Shown here: in pieces, positions 39,268-56,057 of the stretch | How positions within the stretch are numbered: the first letter of the stretch is position 1 | Layout of the letters: each line of letters opens with the position of its first letter | Assembly: GCA_964016885.1 (NCBI GenBank) | Contig: OZ024741.1 | Location: 180,792,001 to 180,856,000, forward strand | Direction: 5' to 3' | From: Eledone cirrhosa | Lineage: Eukaryota | DNA: 64,000 nt | The notes under the pieces: generated by a model | What the model saw: only the letters and a program-made list of their open reading frames with translations | What the model was told of the DNA's origin: nothing | The model's database searches: none | Translations under genes and position numbers: made by a program

Positions 39268-39422
39268 GTATATTATCTGCCCTTGAAGAGCTCTCGGATC
39301 TTTTCTAAAAAACTCCAATCAACCTTGGGAGTAACCATCTTCTTTTTATATAACAATGCCGAATGAGTTGAGATGTATAATCCAACATAACTTAAGTACC
39401 TCTTCATGTCACTGTTGGAACC

Positions 39423-39491
<69 letters not shown>

Positions 39492-39574
39492 AAAGACTGA
39501 ACACACAAGCTGAAACCGCTTGGTGTTGTGTATCTCCTCATGATTTGTGATCTCTTTGGTCTTAGCACTGCAGA

Positions 39575-39673
<99 letters not shown>

Positions 39674-39794
39674 AAAAAGAGTCAGGACCCTGATGGCTGA
39701 GCTCCGGCCGTTTCGACAGCTAGATCTGAACTGCTTTTGTTATATATATGTATATATGTAAATGTATTTCAAAATGATGATGTATTATATATAA

Positions 39795-40460
39795 CTAGAA
39801 GAAAAATCACCCTTCGGGTGGTTTTCTGCTAGCTTGTGTAGTATGTATATTGATATTATACGCAAGTATATATGCATGTAGATATGATACATCAAATAAA
39901 ACCGTAAGTGACAATATACACAGAAATTGAACGAAGATTGTGTTACACTGTCTTATGTAATCAGTAACGTAATCCATGATACATTAAAAAAAGACGATAT
40001 TATATATAAACAGCATTAAGAGAAAATTAGTGACAGAAATATATGAATATTTATTTAAACGATTGCTAACCGGAAGTGTTGACATTTGAAAATTTTAAAG
40101 AAGTGAATCTTTAAATAAATAATAAAATATATTTAATGAACAGTCATGAAATTTAGTAGATAAATTATGTAATATTCATTCATTATTTATTCAAAGTATC
40201 GGTAGAGAGTCGGACGCCATGCTTTCCAGCATAGTTACGTCCCTTTACGATCTGAGTTCAAATCCCACCGAGGTTAACTTTGCCTTTCATCCTTACGGGG
40301 TCAATAAAATAAAGTACCAGTAATATACTAGGTAATTGCTGGTCTTGTGCCTAAAGTAGAAACAATTATTTATTCAAAGTAATCCAACTTATTTTACTAA
40401 GGGGATAAAAAATTATAAACCGTACGCAGTCCCGCGCTTCTTACTTTATTATAGTTTAGA
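39795..40460 (-). mobile_element. Non-autonomous Helitron
   Basis: Minus strand A|TCTAAACTATAATAAA 5' end; 3' hairpin AAAACCACCCGAAGGGTGATTTT then CTAG|T; contains a Meta SINE (~40196-40370) with TSD ATTATTTATTCAAAGTA. Confidence 0.7.
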
Positions 40461-40789
40461 TTGGTCTGACATAGATCACATAGTCTCCCTCCTTCACTCC
40501 TTCAAAATAGCAACACCTCTGACCCTGTCAAATACTGCATATTGCACATTCCTTTCTTTAATATTTCAAAGATAAGAGAACCAGCCATTATCAATGACGT
40601 TCTCCAAAAACTTGAGTTTAAAGGGGCGGATCTACTGGAGATTTACATATTGCACATTCTTTTAATATTTCAAAGATAAGTGAGCTAGCCATTATCAATG
40701 ATGTTCTCCAAAAACTTGAGTTTGTAAGGCCGGATCTACTGAAGATCTACATTCTTATGTCATACATCAGTGGGCTTACACCCTAGAGA

Positions 40790-41080
40790 AATTTAATGAA
40801 ATCAATGTCGTTGCCCTTAACATAAGTAAACTAAGACTGTTCATATCAAGTAAACTTCATAGCACCTTACTCTCCTTAAGCATGAGCAGCATGCAACTAG
40901 AGACCTGGAAATCATTCCAAATGCTAGGCCTTACAATCACTGAGGATCTTTTAGAGCAAATTTTCAGTCTTAACATGGCTAGAACTTCATCTCAAGAACT
41001 AGCTCTTCTCTTGAATACCAGAAAATATTTCAACCCCCAACAATTAATGATCTTCATCCTAACTGAGCTCCCAACTGTTA
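40790..41080 (+). pseudogene. Old CR1/Jockey-group LINE RT C-terminal fragment
   Basis: SFQMLGLTITEDL..NMARTSSQELALLLNTRKYFNPQQL resembles LG.TI..DL.W..HI..IA..AS.KL..L.R.R.YF. Confidence 0.5.
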
Positions 41081-43479
41081 TAATCATCACCATCATCATT
41101 TAATGTCCATTATTCCATGGTGGAATAGATTGGACCGAGGTAGTATTTAATAAGAGCTACTGACTCCTCAGATGAACTGGTAGCTCGCATCTCATTAACA
41201 TATGTTCCAGCACTTTACAGAGTGTACTGGATGCATTTATCATGACACCAGCTCTAGAGAGATTGCTGTGTTCTTGGCACAACTCAAGAATCCTGTCAAC
41301 CCTATGTTTGGCATGTTTTCTATGGATAGATGCTCTTCTTAACACCATTCACTTCACAGAGTTTACTGGGTATATTTTATTGTGGCATCAGCTCTAGAGA
41401 TGTTGTCATGTCCTTGATACAACTGAAAAGTCCTATCAAATCTATGCTTGGCATGTTTTCTACAGCTAGATGCCTTTGCTAATGCCAACCACTCCACTGA
41501 GTGCACATAGCACCAGAGTAGTTTTATGCCCTTGACACAGCTGTATTCTTTTATCAACAGCAGTAACTGTAAACTTTTAGTTTTTCAAAAGATTTTCTCA
41601 TCTATTTTTCCTAACATGTGCAACAGTTTAATTCTAAAATCGTGTAAATGTAATTTAATTATTTAATTCAATTAATATTTTTTCCCTCTTTTGTGGTTTT
41701 CTGTTTGTTTATATTATGTAATGTGTTGCTGTGTGTTTGTGTTAATGTTTGCATATGTCTGTCTGTGTGTATATGTCTATGTTTTTGTTAGTGTTTGCAT
41801 TTGTGTGTGCATGTCTATGTTTTGTTAATGTTTACGTGTGTGTGAATGATTGTATGTGTATATGTGTGCAAGGATGTGTCTGTGTTTGTGATGTGGTGTG
41901 TGTGCAAGGATGTGTCTGTGTTTGTGATGTGGTGTGTGTGTATGTCTATGTTTGTGTTAATGTTTTCATGTGTATGTCTGAATGAGAATTTGTGTCTGGA
42001 AGTGCATGTACGTGCAAGTGAGTGCATGTGTGTAAATAAGTATTCATTTGTGTGTTTGTGTGTGTGAATGAATTTGTGATGTATGTGTATGTATGTGTAA
42101 GTTAGTGTCTGTAAGTGAGTGAGTTTGTAAGCATAGGTGAAATTATTTTTGTATGTAAATGCATGTGAGTGAGTGTATGTATGTATGTGTGAGTGACTGT
42201 GTATGTATGTGTGTGCTTGCATGTATGTGTGAGTGAATATGTATGTATGTGTGTGTGCCTGTGTATGTGTGTGTGTGACTGTATGTATGCATGTGTATGT
42301 GCCTGCATATATGCATCTGTATCTCCTTCAGCCAATGCTACACAGTTTTATGTGATGCAATGCAATGCAATCGTGTTTTATATACTAACTGACTGATCCA
42401 AATTTAATACAGAATTGGAAACTGGGGCAACATTTAAAAAAAAAAAAAATTTTTTATCCATGGTGACTTTTAAAAACTTTTTTCATAAGATATTTCATTA
42501 CAATGTAGTTGGAGAATGTCTGGGACTGTTGAACTATAGACTTGGTGCTGTTTAACTAGAACTAGGGCAAACTGTAGAAACTAGAACTAGGGTAAACTAG
42601 AACTATGAATTGGCAAAGCCATTAGGGTGTTGCATAAAATGCTTTACTGTATTCATTCGAGTTCTCTGTGCTCTGAGTTTAAATTCCACTGAAACCATCT
42701 TTGCCTTTCATCCTTTTGGGGTTAATAAATGAAAAGGTGATAGTGGTGCCTATGAAAAATATTGTAAAAAGATGAGTGTGTGTCCGTGAAACATATTCAT
42801 ATATACCAGGTCTGAATACAAAGGAACCAAACTCCCACTGTCACTGTCTCCATCTCTCCTGCTCTCACCATCTCTCACTATTATGAGCAAATGGGGGCCC
42901 ACATGTGCTGGCCACCCTGCAGCCCCACTGGACAGAATAGAAAAGGCGCTTCTCCGGAAGATGGTGATATCAACTGGGGTTAATTCTTCTACTTCACCCC
43001 ACCTCTTCACATTTTCTTTTAAACAAAATTGCTGGAGTAGAATGGATGTGGCCAGGTTTAAAATACCAAAAAGTCACCCCCTTATATTAGGATTTACAGG
43101 ATTAGTGATCAGTGAAACCACAGACCTGCCAACATCTAAAAACCCAAACAGGGAGTACCATGAAAAAAAGTATCAGAAAAAATGCATAATGAAAGCTATA
43201 CCCAATTTCACAAGAGAAGACATCTCTCACCCACCCCAAAATTTATTTCATGGTGTGGAAAATTTAGTCACACACATTGTGACCTCATTACTAACACAAT
43301 TAGAATGTAATGAACGACAATAATGATATGTATTGATTTTTACATTGACACACGAATGGAACCTAGAAATGGTGTCAACAACTATGCAACAGGCAAATCA
43401 ACATCACTATTTAAAGTTATTTTCCATGCTGTGTGTGTGTCCACTATGTTAGAGCGAAAAGAAATTTTGTTTGTATATA

Positions 43480-44095
43480 TATATATACGGGATAACAAAT
43501 TATTGTTATAGGTAGTCCACTTAGATGTAGTCCAGTTAGGGTACTCCAAGTAGTGAATAGTATTAACGCTTGGCTAAGTTTGACTCAACAAGACGTTTCC
43601 ATAGTGATGCTGCGAGTACACAGTGATTTCTATGTAGAGTAAAGTAAATGGTCAGTAAAGTAAATGGTCCATTGTTTCAAGCTCCAGGTTATCTCTACAC
43701 TATATATAATACACCCCATGACAGCTGTTACATGGCAATTTCATACATCTGCTTCATATCAGCTCGTTTTACATGCTAAAGTCATCAGTATACTCTATGT
43801 CTTACTTAGATTGATGTTGTGATTATTTTAACTATTTACGGTCTAGCTAATTTATTCGAGTACTGATAGTATTGTTAGTATTGTTATGATTTAATGCCAC
43901 TACTATATATAGAAGCCATGCCTGTGTATTCCCTTCATTCTCGCATGCTCTGATGAATTGACTGGTTATAACAAACTATTGGTGATCGATTAACGCAAAA
44001 AACAGGTGGGTAACGATCTCGAGACCTATCAGTTCAGAGAAACAATTGTCAGCAATGTGAATAAAGCCCTTATTGTATAGCAAACCATGTCACTC
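43480..44095. mobile_element. Penelope-like non-coding element with hammerhead (copy 1, internally inverted relative to copy 2)
   Basis: 43740-44095 matches 59118-59460 directly, while 43480-43735 matches 59490-59650 and 59020-59075 in reverse. Confidence 0.65.
43941..44060 (+). ncRNA. Type I hammerhead ribozyme with ~80-nt stem II insertion
   Basis: TGCT-CTGATGA-[a ttgactggt...atcagttca ga]-GAAAC-AATT-GTC-AGCA. Confidence 0.6.
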
Positions 44096-44104
44096 TTTTT
44101 CTTG

Positions 44105-44176
<72 letters not shown>

Positions 44177-45407
44177 TCCCACAACATCCAGGCCGAAACA
44201 AATGAGATCGTGTAGTGTCACGACAAAAAAACACACAGTCCACGCTGTAAATGTGGCCGTGTAGGCAACACGGTAAAAACCTCCCAGCCCCACACTGTAA
44301 ATGTGGTTGGTGTTAGGAAGGGCATCCAGCTGTAGAAAACCCACCAGACAGTCCACGCTGTAATGTGGCCGTGTAGGCAACACGGTAAAAACCTCCCAGC
44401 CCCACACTGTAAATGTGGTTGGTGTTAGGAAGGGCATCCAACTGTAGAAATCCCGCCAGACAGTCCTATGCGAGCAAGACAACCACTCTTGCCTCAAGTG
44501 GGAAAACCCCCGTCCAAACCCATGCAAGCATGGAACACGGACGCTAAACCTGATGATGATGATGATGATGATATATTGGACTCGTCTAACCCATGTTAGT
44601 GTGGAAGATGGATGTTAATCGATGATGATGATGTATGTGTCTGTGTATATATATATATCATCATCATCGTTTAACGTCCCCTTTCCATGCTACCATATAT
44701 ATATATATATATATCTTGCTCAAGGAAACAGCACATCACCCGGTTGTGAGTTCAATTCTTGAGCAAGACACTTTATTTCACATTGCTCCAGTTTACTCAG
44801 CTGTAGAAATGAGATGATAGGACTGGAGTCCCTATCATTCCACTGAAAAGTGGTCGTGGAGGTGCCACGGCAAAAAAGCACCCAGCCCACACTGTAAAGT
44901 GGACATGTAGGCGCCACGGGAAAAAAGCACCCAGCACTCACTGTAAATGAGGTTGGTGTTAGGAAGGGCATCCAGCTGTAGAACTCAAGCCAGACAAGGT
45001 CATGAGCAAGACAAGGTCAGCCGACCGGACACTGTCCACAACAGGACAACCCGTCTAACCCATGCTAGCGTGGAAGAACGGATGTAAAACAGTGATGATG
45101 ATGATGATGATTTATATATATATATATATATATGTGTATGTAGTAACTGGCCTTAATAATTATATTTAAACTCGCCCTACGCACATGAGTTGCTTTATGC
45201 CTTGGATATCTTTATCAACCTATTACAACTACTACTACTACTACTACTATATATATATATATAGTAATAATAATAAATTTGAAGACTAAAATCCAAAGAA
45301 GGGCCCGTTAAGGGTGAAAGCAGCGATTCTTTGCTAAAACTTTAATCTGTTATTTTAATAAATATATATATATAACCATGTTACTCTTCATTCTTTAAAT
45401 ATATATA

Positions 45408-45458
<51 letters not shown>

Positions 45459-45838
45459 ATATATATTATATATATATATATATATTATATATCATCATCA
45501 TCATCATCGTATAACGTCTATCTTCCACGCTAGCATGGGTTTAGACGGGAATTTTCCTACTTGAAGCAAGATTGGTTGTCTCGCTCGTATGGGACTGTCT
45601 GGCAGGTTTTCTACGGCTGGATGCCCTTCCTAACACCAACCACGTTTACAGTGGGGACTGGAAGGTTTTTACTGTGTTACCTATACGGCCACATTACAGC
45701 GTGGACTGTGTGTTTTTTTGTCGTGACACCTACACGCCCTCATTTGTTTAGGACTGGATGTTGTGGCACCAACATAACTTTACATCGAAAGGGGTGGTGT
45801 GGATGGGGTGGGGGTAGTGGGACGGAGGTGTATTTTGG

Positions 45839-45870
<32 letters not shown>

Positions 45871-45910
45871 GAGAGATAACAATAATCAAAGTTCAGTTTA
45901 AGTCATTTAT

Positions 45911-45960
45911 TTGCTTACAATTGTTTCCTCCAAACCGAGGTTTGGATTCTTCGGAGCAAC
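45911..45960 (-). ncRNA. Type I hammerhead ribozyme-like motif with CCGAAGA core
   Basis: Minus strand TTGCT-CCGAAGA-a-TCCAAAC(ctcg)GTTTGGA-g-GAAAC-AATT-GTA-AGCAA. Confidence 0.65.
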
Positions 45961-46863
45961 TATTTACTGATCTATAACATACTTGACCTCCTTTTCAACC
46001 CAAGAGACATATAAAACATATGCGCATATTGATCAACAGTGGGGTGACATTCATCAAATGATATAGCATGGCAATTTACATATAAAGGTTACAGGATAAA
46101 GATAAAATAAAAACAAGAATGAAAATAAAGATAAACATGAAGCGTTGGCAGTCTATGAAGATAAAGCAAGAGGAAAGTTTAGAGTAGTCAGTGTATGAAA
46201 CAATCTCACGTGTAGCATGCACGCGTGTCTTATTTATACATGATTAGAGTGCGTCAGAATGATATTTGCAGGGTCAGGCAGTTGAAGCAGGCAATCGATC
46301 TTATTATGTGGGCTGAATTATTAAGTCATTTATTCTCATACATCTGTATGATATACAGTCTCGGATGCAGGGAAACACCAAAATATCAAAAACTTTCAAC
46401 ATACTATAAACCTTATTGTATCGTAGGCAATAATCCATGAGACGCAATATATATAGAGAACACATGTCTATCGTATAATTCGCGATGGTTCAGCATATAA
46501 TCAAGCTATAAACCGTATCCAGTCGGTTCTTAATTAATAGATCATGCTGTCCAGATTCCGGAAGTGTCTGAATGACTATATATATATATTATATACAAAT
46601 ATATATATATATATATACAAATATATATATCATCATCATCATCATCATCATCATTTTACGTCCGCTTTTCCCTGCTTGCAAGGGTGGGACGGGTCTTATT
46701 CAGCACAGCATCTCTCCACTCGTCACGGTCCCTCGTCATCTCCACCGTGAGCTTCAATGATCTAAGGTCTGTTCTCACCACCTCCGCCCATGTTTTTCGT
46801 GGTCTACAAATATACATATATATATTATATACATATATATATATATATTCATATATATATATT

Positions 46864-46909
<46 letters not shown>

Positions 46910-46917
46910 ATATATAT

Positions 46918-46962
<45 letters not shown>

Positions 46963-47348
46963 CATATATATCATATATATATATATATTAATCATCATCA
47001 TTTCATCATTTCATTTTACGTCCGCTTTTTCCCTGCTTGCAAGGGTGGGACGGGAACTGATTCTGGCTTGATTTCTACAGTTGGATGCCCTTCCTAACAC
47101 CAACCTCATTTACAGTGAGTGCTGGGTGTTTTTTTGCCGTGGCACCTACACGTCAAACTTTACAGTGGAATGATAGGGCCCCCAGTCCCTATCATCTCAT
47201 TTCTACAGCTGAGTAAACTGGAGCAATGTGAAATAAAGTGTCTTGCTCAAGGAAACAACACATCACCCGGTCTGAGAATTGAACTCACAACCTTTCGATT
47301 GTAAGGCCAATGCTCTAACCACTAAGCCATGTGCCTCCATATATATAT

Positions 47349-47380
<32 letters not shown>

Positions 47381-47420
47381 TCATATATATATATATTATA
47401 TACATATATATGTATATTAT

Positions 47421-47546
<126 letters not shown>

Positions 47547-47871
47547 GGAACCAGTAAGACCCCGACAGCTGAGCTCAAGCCGTTTCGACGGCTAATTCTG
47601 GGAATTGAGCTCAGCTGTCGGGGTCTTACTGGTGCCTATTACCCACTCTACTACCTCAAGTATTGAGTACTTTGGTGCGTTATGGTCCACCTGGTTCCTT
47701 ACCACATTTCCTTCGTTATATATATATATATAAATATATCATATATATATATATATATATATATATCATATATATCATATATATATATATATATATCATA
47801 TATATATATATATCATATATATATATATATATGATATATATATATATATATATATCATATATATATATATC

Positions 47872-47903
<32 letters not shown>

Positions 47904-47909
47904 CATATA

Positions 47910-49115
47910 TATCATCATCATCATCATCACCGTTTTACGTCCGTTCTTCCACGCTAGCGTGGGTTAGACGGGTTGTCCTGTTGTGGGCAGTGTCTGGTCG
48001 GCTGACCATGCCTTGCTCATACAGGAACTGATCTGGCTTGATTTCTACAGCTGGATGCCCTTCCTAACACCAACCTCATTTACAGTGAGTGCTGGGTGCT
48101 TTTTCGTGGCGCCTACACGTCCACTTTACAGTGTGGGCTGGGTGCTTTTTTGCCGTGGCACCTCCACGACCACCTTGCGGTGGGGGCATATTGTTTATAT
48201 GCTTCAGCATGTACCCATGGGAGGTCGGGTACCCTGTATTACTGCGTGACGCCAGAAGTCACGGTCGTGTGTCATTGTCTTTGAGAGGTGTAGTTGGGTA
48301 AGGTCGGCTTTTATCACCTCATCCCAAGTCATCTTGGGTCTCCCCACTCCGCGGTTTCCATCAACTTCTAGTGCTCTGCACCTTTTTATGCAGCTGTCAT
48401 CCTTCATACGCATCACATGTCCATAACAGCGTAACCGCCTCTCCTGCACGCAGCATTTGATTCCTCTTATGCTCAGTCTCTCTCTCAATTCCTTTATGCT
48501 TTGTCGTTCACGTATATTACTGTTACACATCCATCGGAGCATGCAGGCTTCGTTTCTCTCTAATCTACGTAAGTCTTCCACCTTCAGCGCCCAGGTCTCA
48601 CTACCATGCAACATCGCTGTTCGGATACACGCATCATACAGTCTGCCTTTCATTCTGAGGGAGAAGCCTTTTGCAGCTAGCAGTGGTAGTAGTTCCCTAA
48701 ACTTCTTCCATCCCGTTCTTACCCTAGTTATTATACTTTCTGAACACCCACCTCCGCTGCTAATTCGGTCACCTAGGTAGCAGAAGCTGTCTACTGTTTC
48801 TACAGAGCCCTCCCAGAGATTGGTGGTACTTGTTTCCTGTGGCTGTTTGCTGCTTGCTGTCTCAGCACAGCTGCTGCATGTGAATCCTACATTCTTAATT
48901 AAGCTTCCTGAGATCCCGCTACATCTCTTGTGTACCCATTGTTTGCATTTTGGGCAGAGAATGGAGTTCCTACCTACACCTTTCCTACATACTGAGCAAG
49001 GCCATTTCCCTGAGGGGATCTGGGTTCTGTTTTCTCGTCTACTTACAAGGACCTTAGTCTTTGTCATGTTGACTTTGAGGCCCTTTCTCTCTAGTCCCTG
49101 CTTCCAGGTTTGGAA
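47910..49115 (-). mobile_element. RTE LINE subfamily B, 5'-truncated, embedded in TA arrays
   Basis: ORF 48204-49115 nearly identical to the C-terminus of 21222-23996; 3' UTR and tail present. Confidence 0.95.
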
Positions 49116-52896
<3,781 letters not shown>

Positions 52897-53337
52897 ATTC
52901 ACACACGATAGTCTGTGAATAATATTCTTAAGGTCAACTTTTTCCCAACGACAGCCACTTCTAGGACTTGTCACTAATTCAGTTCTCAACCAAATTTGAT
53001 CAGGTTTTTTGCACTAGAATGGACTCATCCCAGGCTACATTTTGGTATAAGGGAATTGAAATTTGGGTCAGTAGAAAAGAAGTTACGCTAAAATATGTGT
53101 GGCCAAGTACTGGAGGATAAGGCTCCTCATTGACTTTGACTCATCATAACTTTTTAAATATCAGTAGATAGAACTCGATAAGCTGAATCGAAATTTGTCA
53201 ATATTGAAAAGATCGGTGCCATAGAAATCGAGTTGTGTGACTTTAAGTGACGAAATCAGATGAATTAGCAACGCTAAGGGACATAACTCTAGTATAAATC
53301 CATCGTAGCTGTACTAAGTAGTTTCCCTTAATTATAG

Positions 53338-54360
53338 TTATTCACAAAAGGCTTGATGAAATTTTTGGAGAATCCCAAAAAATGGCATTCTCCTTTTGGA
53401 AAAATGAATCTTCTTTTGTTTGGTGATTTGATGCAATTGCCACCTGTAAATGAAAAACCAGTTTTTCTAGAATTTCATCATATGATGCCAAAAGAACAGA
53501 AATTGGCATTAGTGGGCATTCATTGTGGAAATACTTTCAATATGATGAGCTAACCATTAATATGAGACGAACAGAAGACAAAGACAACTATGTTGATATT
53601 TTGGGAAGAATTAGGATTGGTTCCCTATCAGACTCTGATATTAGCATTCTTCAAAAAAGATGCCTATTTCCTGATAGAAAAGCATCTGTTGAAGAAATTG
53701 CTAAAAAAATTGATTGAATGCATTTTACCTTTGTATGAAGCTGTTGATGAGTTGAATAATGAAATGATTAAAAAATGCAACATAAATGCAGTGAAACTTG
53801 CTGCAAAAGATTCTGGTATGAGACAAGTAAATGGAAGAAAAAAGAAAAATGTTGAAAAAGGCAAAAACAAGAAGACTTCTGATACTGCTGGACTAGAAAC
53901 TTTGCTAAATGTTGGAATTGGAGCAAGATTGATGTTGAAACGAAACATTGATGTTGAAACGAAACATTGATGTAGATCAAGGCTTATGCAATGGTGTTAT
54001 TGGAACAGTTATTGAATTAATTGGGAATGGAAGCAATATTGACAAAATTTTGACGTCTTTTGATACCAAAAAGGACAAACCATTTCCATTGGAAGAGTTC
54101 AAGCAGACTATGAAATTTCTCCTGGTGTTTTTGTCACCAGAACACAATTTCCATTATCTCTTGCTTACTCTATAACAATTCACAAATCACAAGGAATTTC
54201 TGTGGGTGGAATAATTGCTGATTTAGGAAATCAGATATTTTCTGATGGTCAAGTTTATGTGGTTCTTTCAAGAGCCAGAAAACTTTACAATGTGTATCTC
54301 TGTGACTTTGATCCAAGATCATTGATCATGGTTGACAAATCTGCATGGGAAGAGTATAAC
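53338..54360 (+). pseudogene. Pif1-family (SF1B) helicase, Helitron/Helentron type, C-terminal two-thirds, frameshifted
   Basis: IHKRLDEIF, PFGKMNLLLFGDLMQLPPV, DELTINMR, GARLMLKRNIDVDQGLCNG, RTQFPLSLAYSITIHKSQG, GQVYVVLSR; several frameshifts incl. a 19-bp tandem duplication near 53932-53970; Walker A/B and Rep absent. Confidence 0.92.
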
Positions 54361-54544
54361 AAACTACGGGCTAGTACTGGAAGAGCAGATTTGCCTCCAT
54401 TGCCACCTTGCAGGAAAAAGCATCCTTGCATGGCAAATGCTTCTAGCATGCCCAAGAAAAGAACTAAAAGACTTAATTTGGAAGAAAATTCAAACCAACC
54501 TGCCAAAAAGAAGAAAAGAAAGGAAAACAGCCAAACTTTAATCC

Positions 54545-55393
54545 CTAAACGTCAATTGATCAACCAAAGAAATGCTTGTTTTGCAAATTCAGTTGTGCAA
54601 TCACTGAATCAATTGCCTGAATTTGTAGAGTATTTGCATAATTTTAACAACATGAATGAAGTATATCAAGAATTAAGCAATATCATTTTTAATAATCATA
54701 ATAATGTCTCTAACTTAAGAAGAAGAATTGGAGGAAGATTTCATGATGGAAATCAGCAATGTGCTCATGAATTTTGGAAAGAACTCTCTCTATATTTGGA
54801 CTTGGTATTTAGAGAAAAACTTCAATTTATTCAAACTGATCATACTAGATGCATCCGATTGCATCAAACAAATTGCCAAGCTTTAAATAACAATGTTTAC
54901 AATTGTAATTCAAGACCTGGATGTGGTATAGAATCTGAACTTCCATTTCAAATAAAAGAGGATTTGATATTAAATCCTATTAATGGCACACAACAATTTA
55001 AATCTCTACTTTCAACAACAAATACTTTAACTAAATACTGTGATACTTGTTCTGAAAATACTGAGCATCAAATAACTTCAAGAATTGAATTTACTAACGA
55101 TTTCAAATATCTTGTCATCTCAATCAGTAGATTTTTGATTAATAATGAAGGAGAACAAAGAATTAATTGTGATATTACGAACATTAGCTCAAAAAAGCAG
55201 AAAATATATGGCACAAATTTCACATTAAAATTCTTCATGAAGGAGTATTCTTCATGAAGGCCATTATACTTGTCTGGTAAAAAGTGGTGCTGAAAATTGG
55301 GATGAAATTAGTGACAACATTATCAAAAAAAGGCACAATAAATTTCCTCCTAAGTTACCTAATGTGGTTGTATTGTTTATGGAAAAAATTTAG
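54545..55393 (+). pseudogene. Ubiquitin-specific protease (peptidase C19/USP)-like domain in frame with the helicase C-terminus
   Basis: Cys box LINQRNACFANSVVQSL..LPEF, QQCAHEF, CDTC, YLVISISRF, then after a frameshift near 55250 His box HEGHYTCLVK..WDEISD..VVVLFMEKI*. Confidence 0.85.
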
Positions 55394-55399
55394 ATTTTT

Positions 55400-55735
55400 G
55401 ATTTTGGACTATTGATCTTGGACTACCAACTTATAATTAGGACAACTGTTAATTCTGGACTACTTCATTTTGTTTTGGACTACTTGCTGATTATTTTCGA
55501 CTAAATGCTTATTCTGGACTACTTACTTTTATTTTTGACTACTTGCTGCTTATTTCAGACTAAATGCTGATTTTCGACTACATAATTTTATTTTGGACTA
55601 AATGCTAATTCTGGACTACTTAATTTTATTTTGGACTAACTGCTAATTATGGACAAATTATTGTTGAATTTGAGCTCACTGTTTATTGGCATTTTATTTA
55701 TTTACTACTTAATTTTATTTATTTTTGACTCGGTT
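55400..55735 (+). repeat. Degenerate tandem array built on (TT)GGACTAC/GACTAAATGCT units
   Basis: More than 12 recurrences of GACTA at 15-25 nt spacing immediately downstream of the stop codon. Confidence 0.8.
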
Positions 55736-56057
55736 ATTTTAATTGCTTGTTTTTCTAGCATCTTTAATAACTTCACTTGTTAAGTTAAACTCTAAATTGA
55801 TCATTAGAGTATAGTCAATTATAGCTTTGTCTCTATGGGCACACCTGCAGGCTTGTAGTAAGGGTGTTCAGAAAAGGCAAATGTCTCTATTGATTATATT
55901 CTACAAGATACCTTTTCAATTTTAATATTTTGGATTTTATAGAAATATTGAAATGAAAAATTAATTTTTATTGATGAAAAAAGGATTGTAAATGCCTTAG
56001 CAAATGGTCAAGGTAATTTAAATAAAATAATTTGCTGCAATGCCTTAAGAAAAGGGG

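Noticed and set aside
53338-55393. Host PIF1 or host USP gene
   Set aside because: Intron-less, frameshifted, 5'-truncated and flanked by transposon-like repeats; better explained as mobile-element coding sequence
55400-55735. CRISPR-like appearance of the GGACTAC array
   Set aside because: Units are short, degenerate and lack unique constant-length spacers; eukaryotic context, no cas genes
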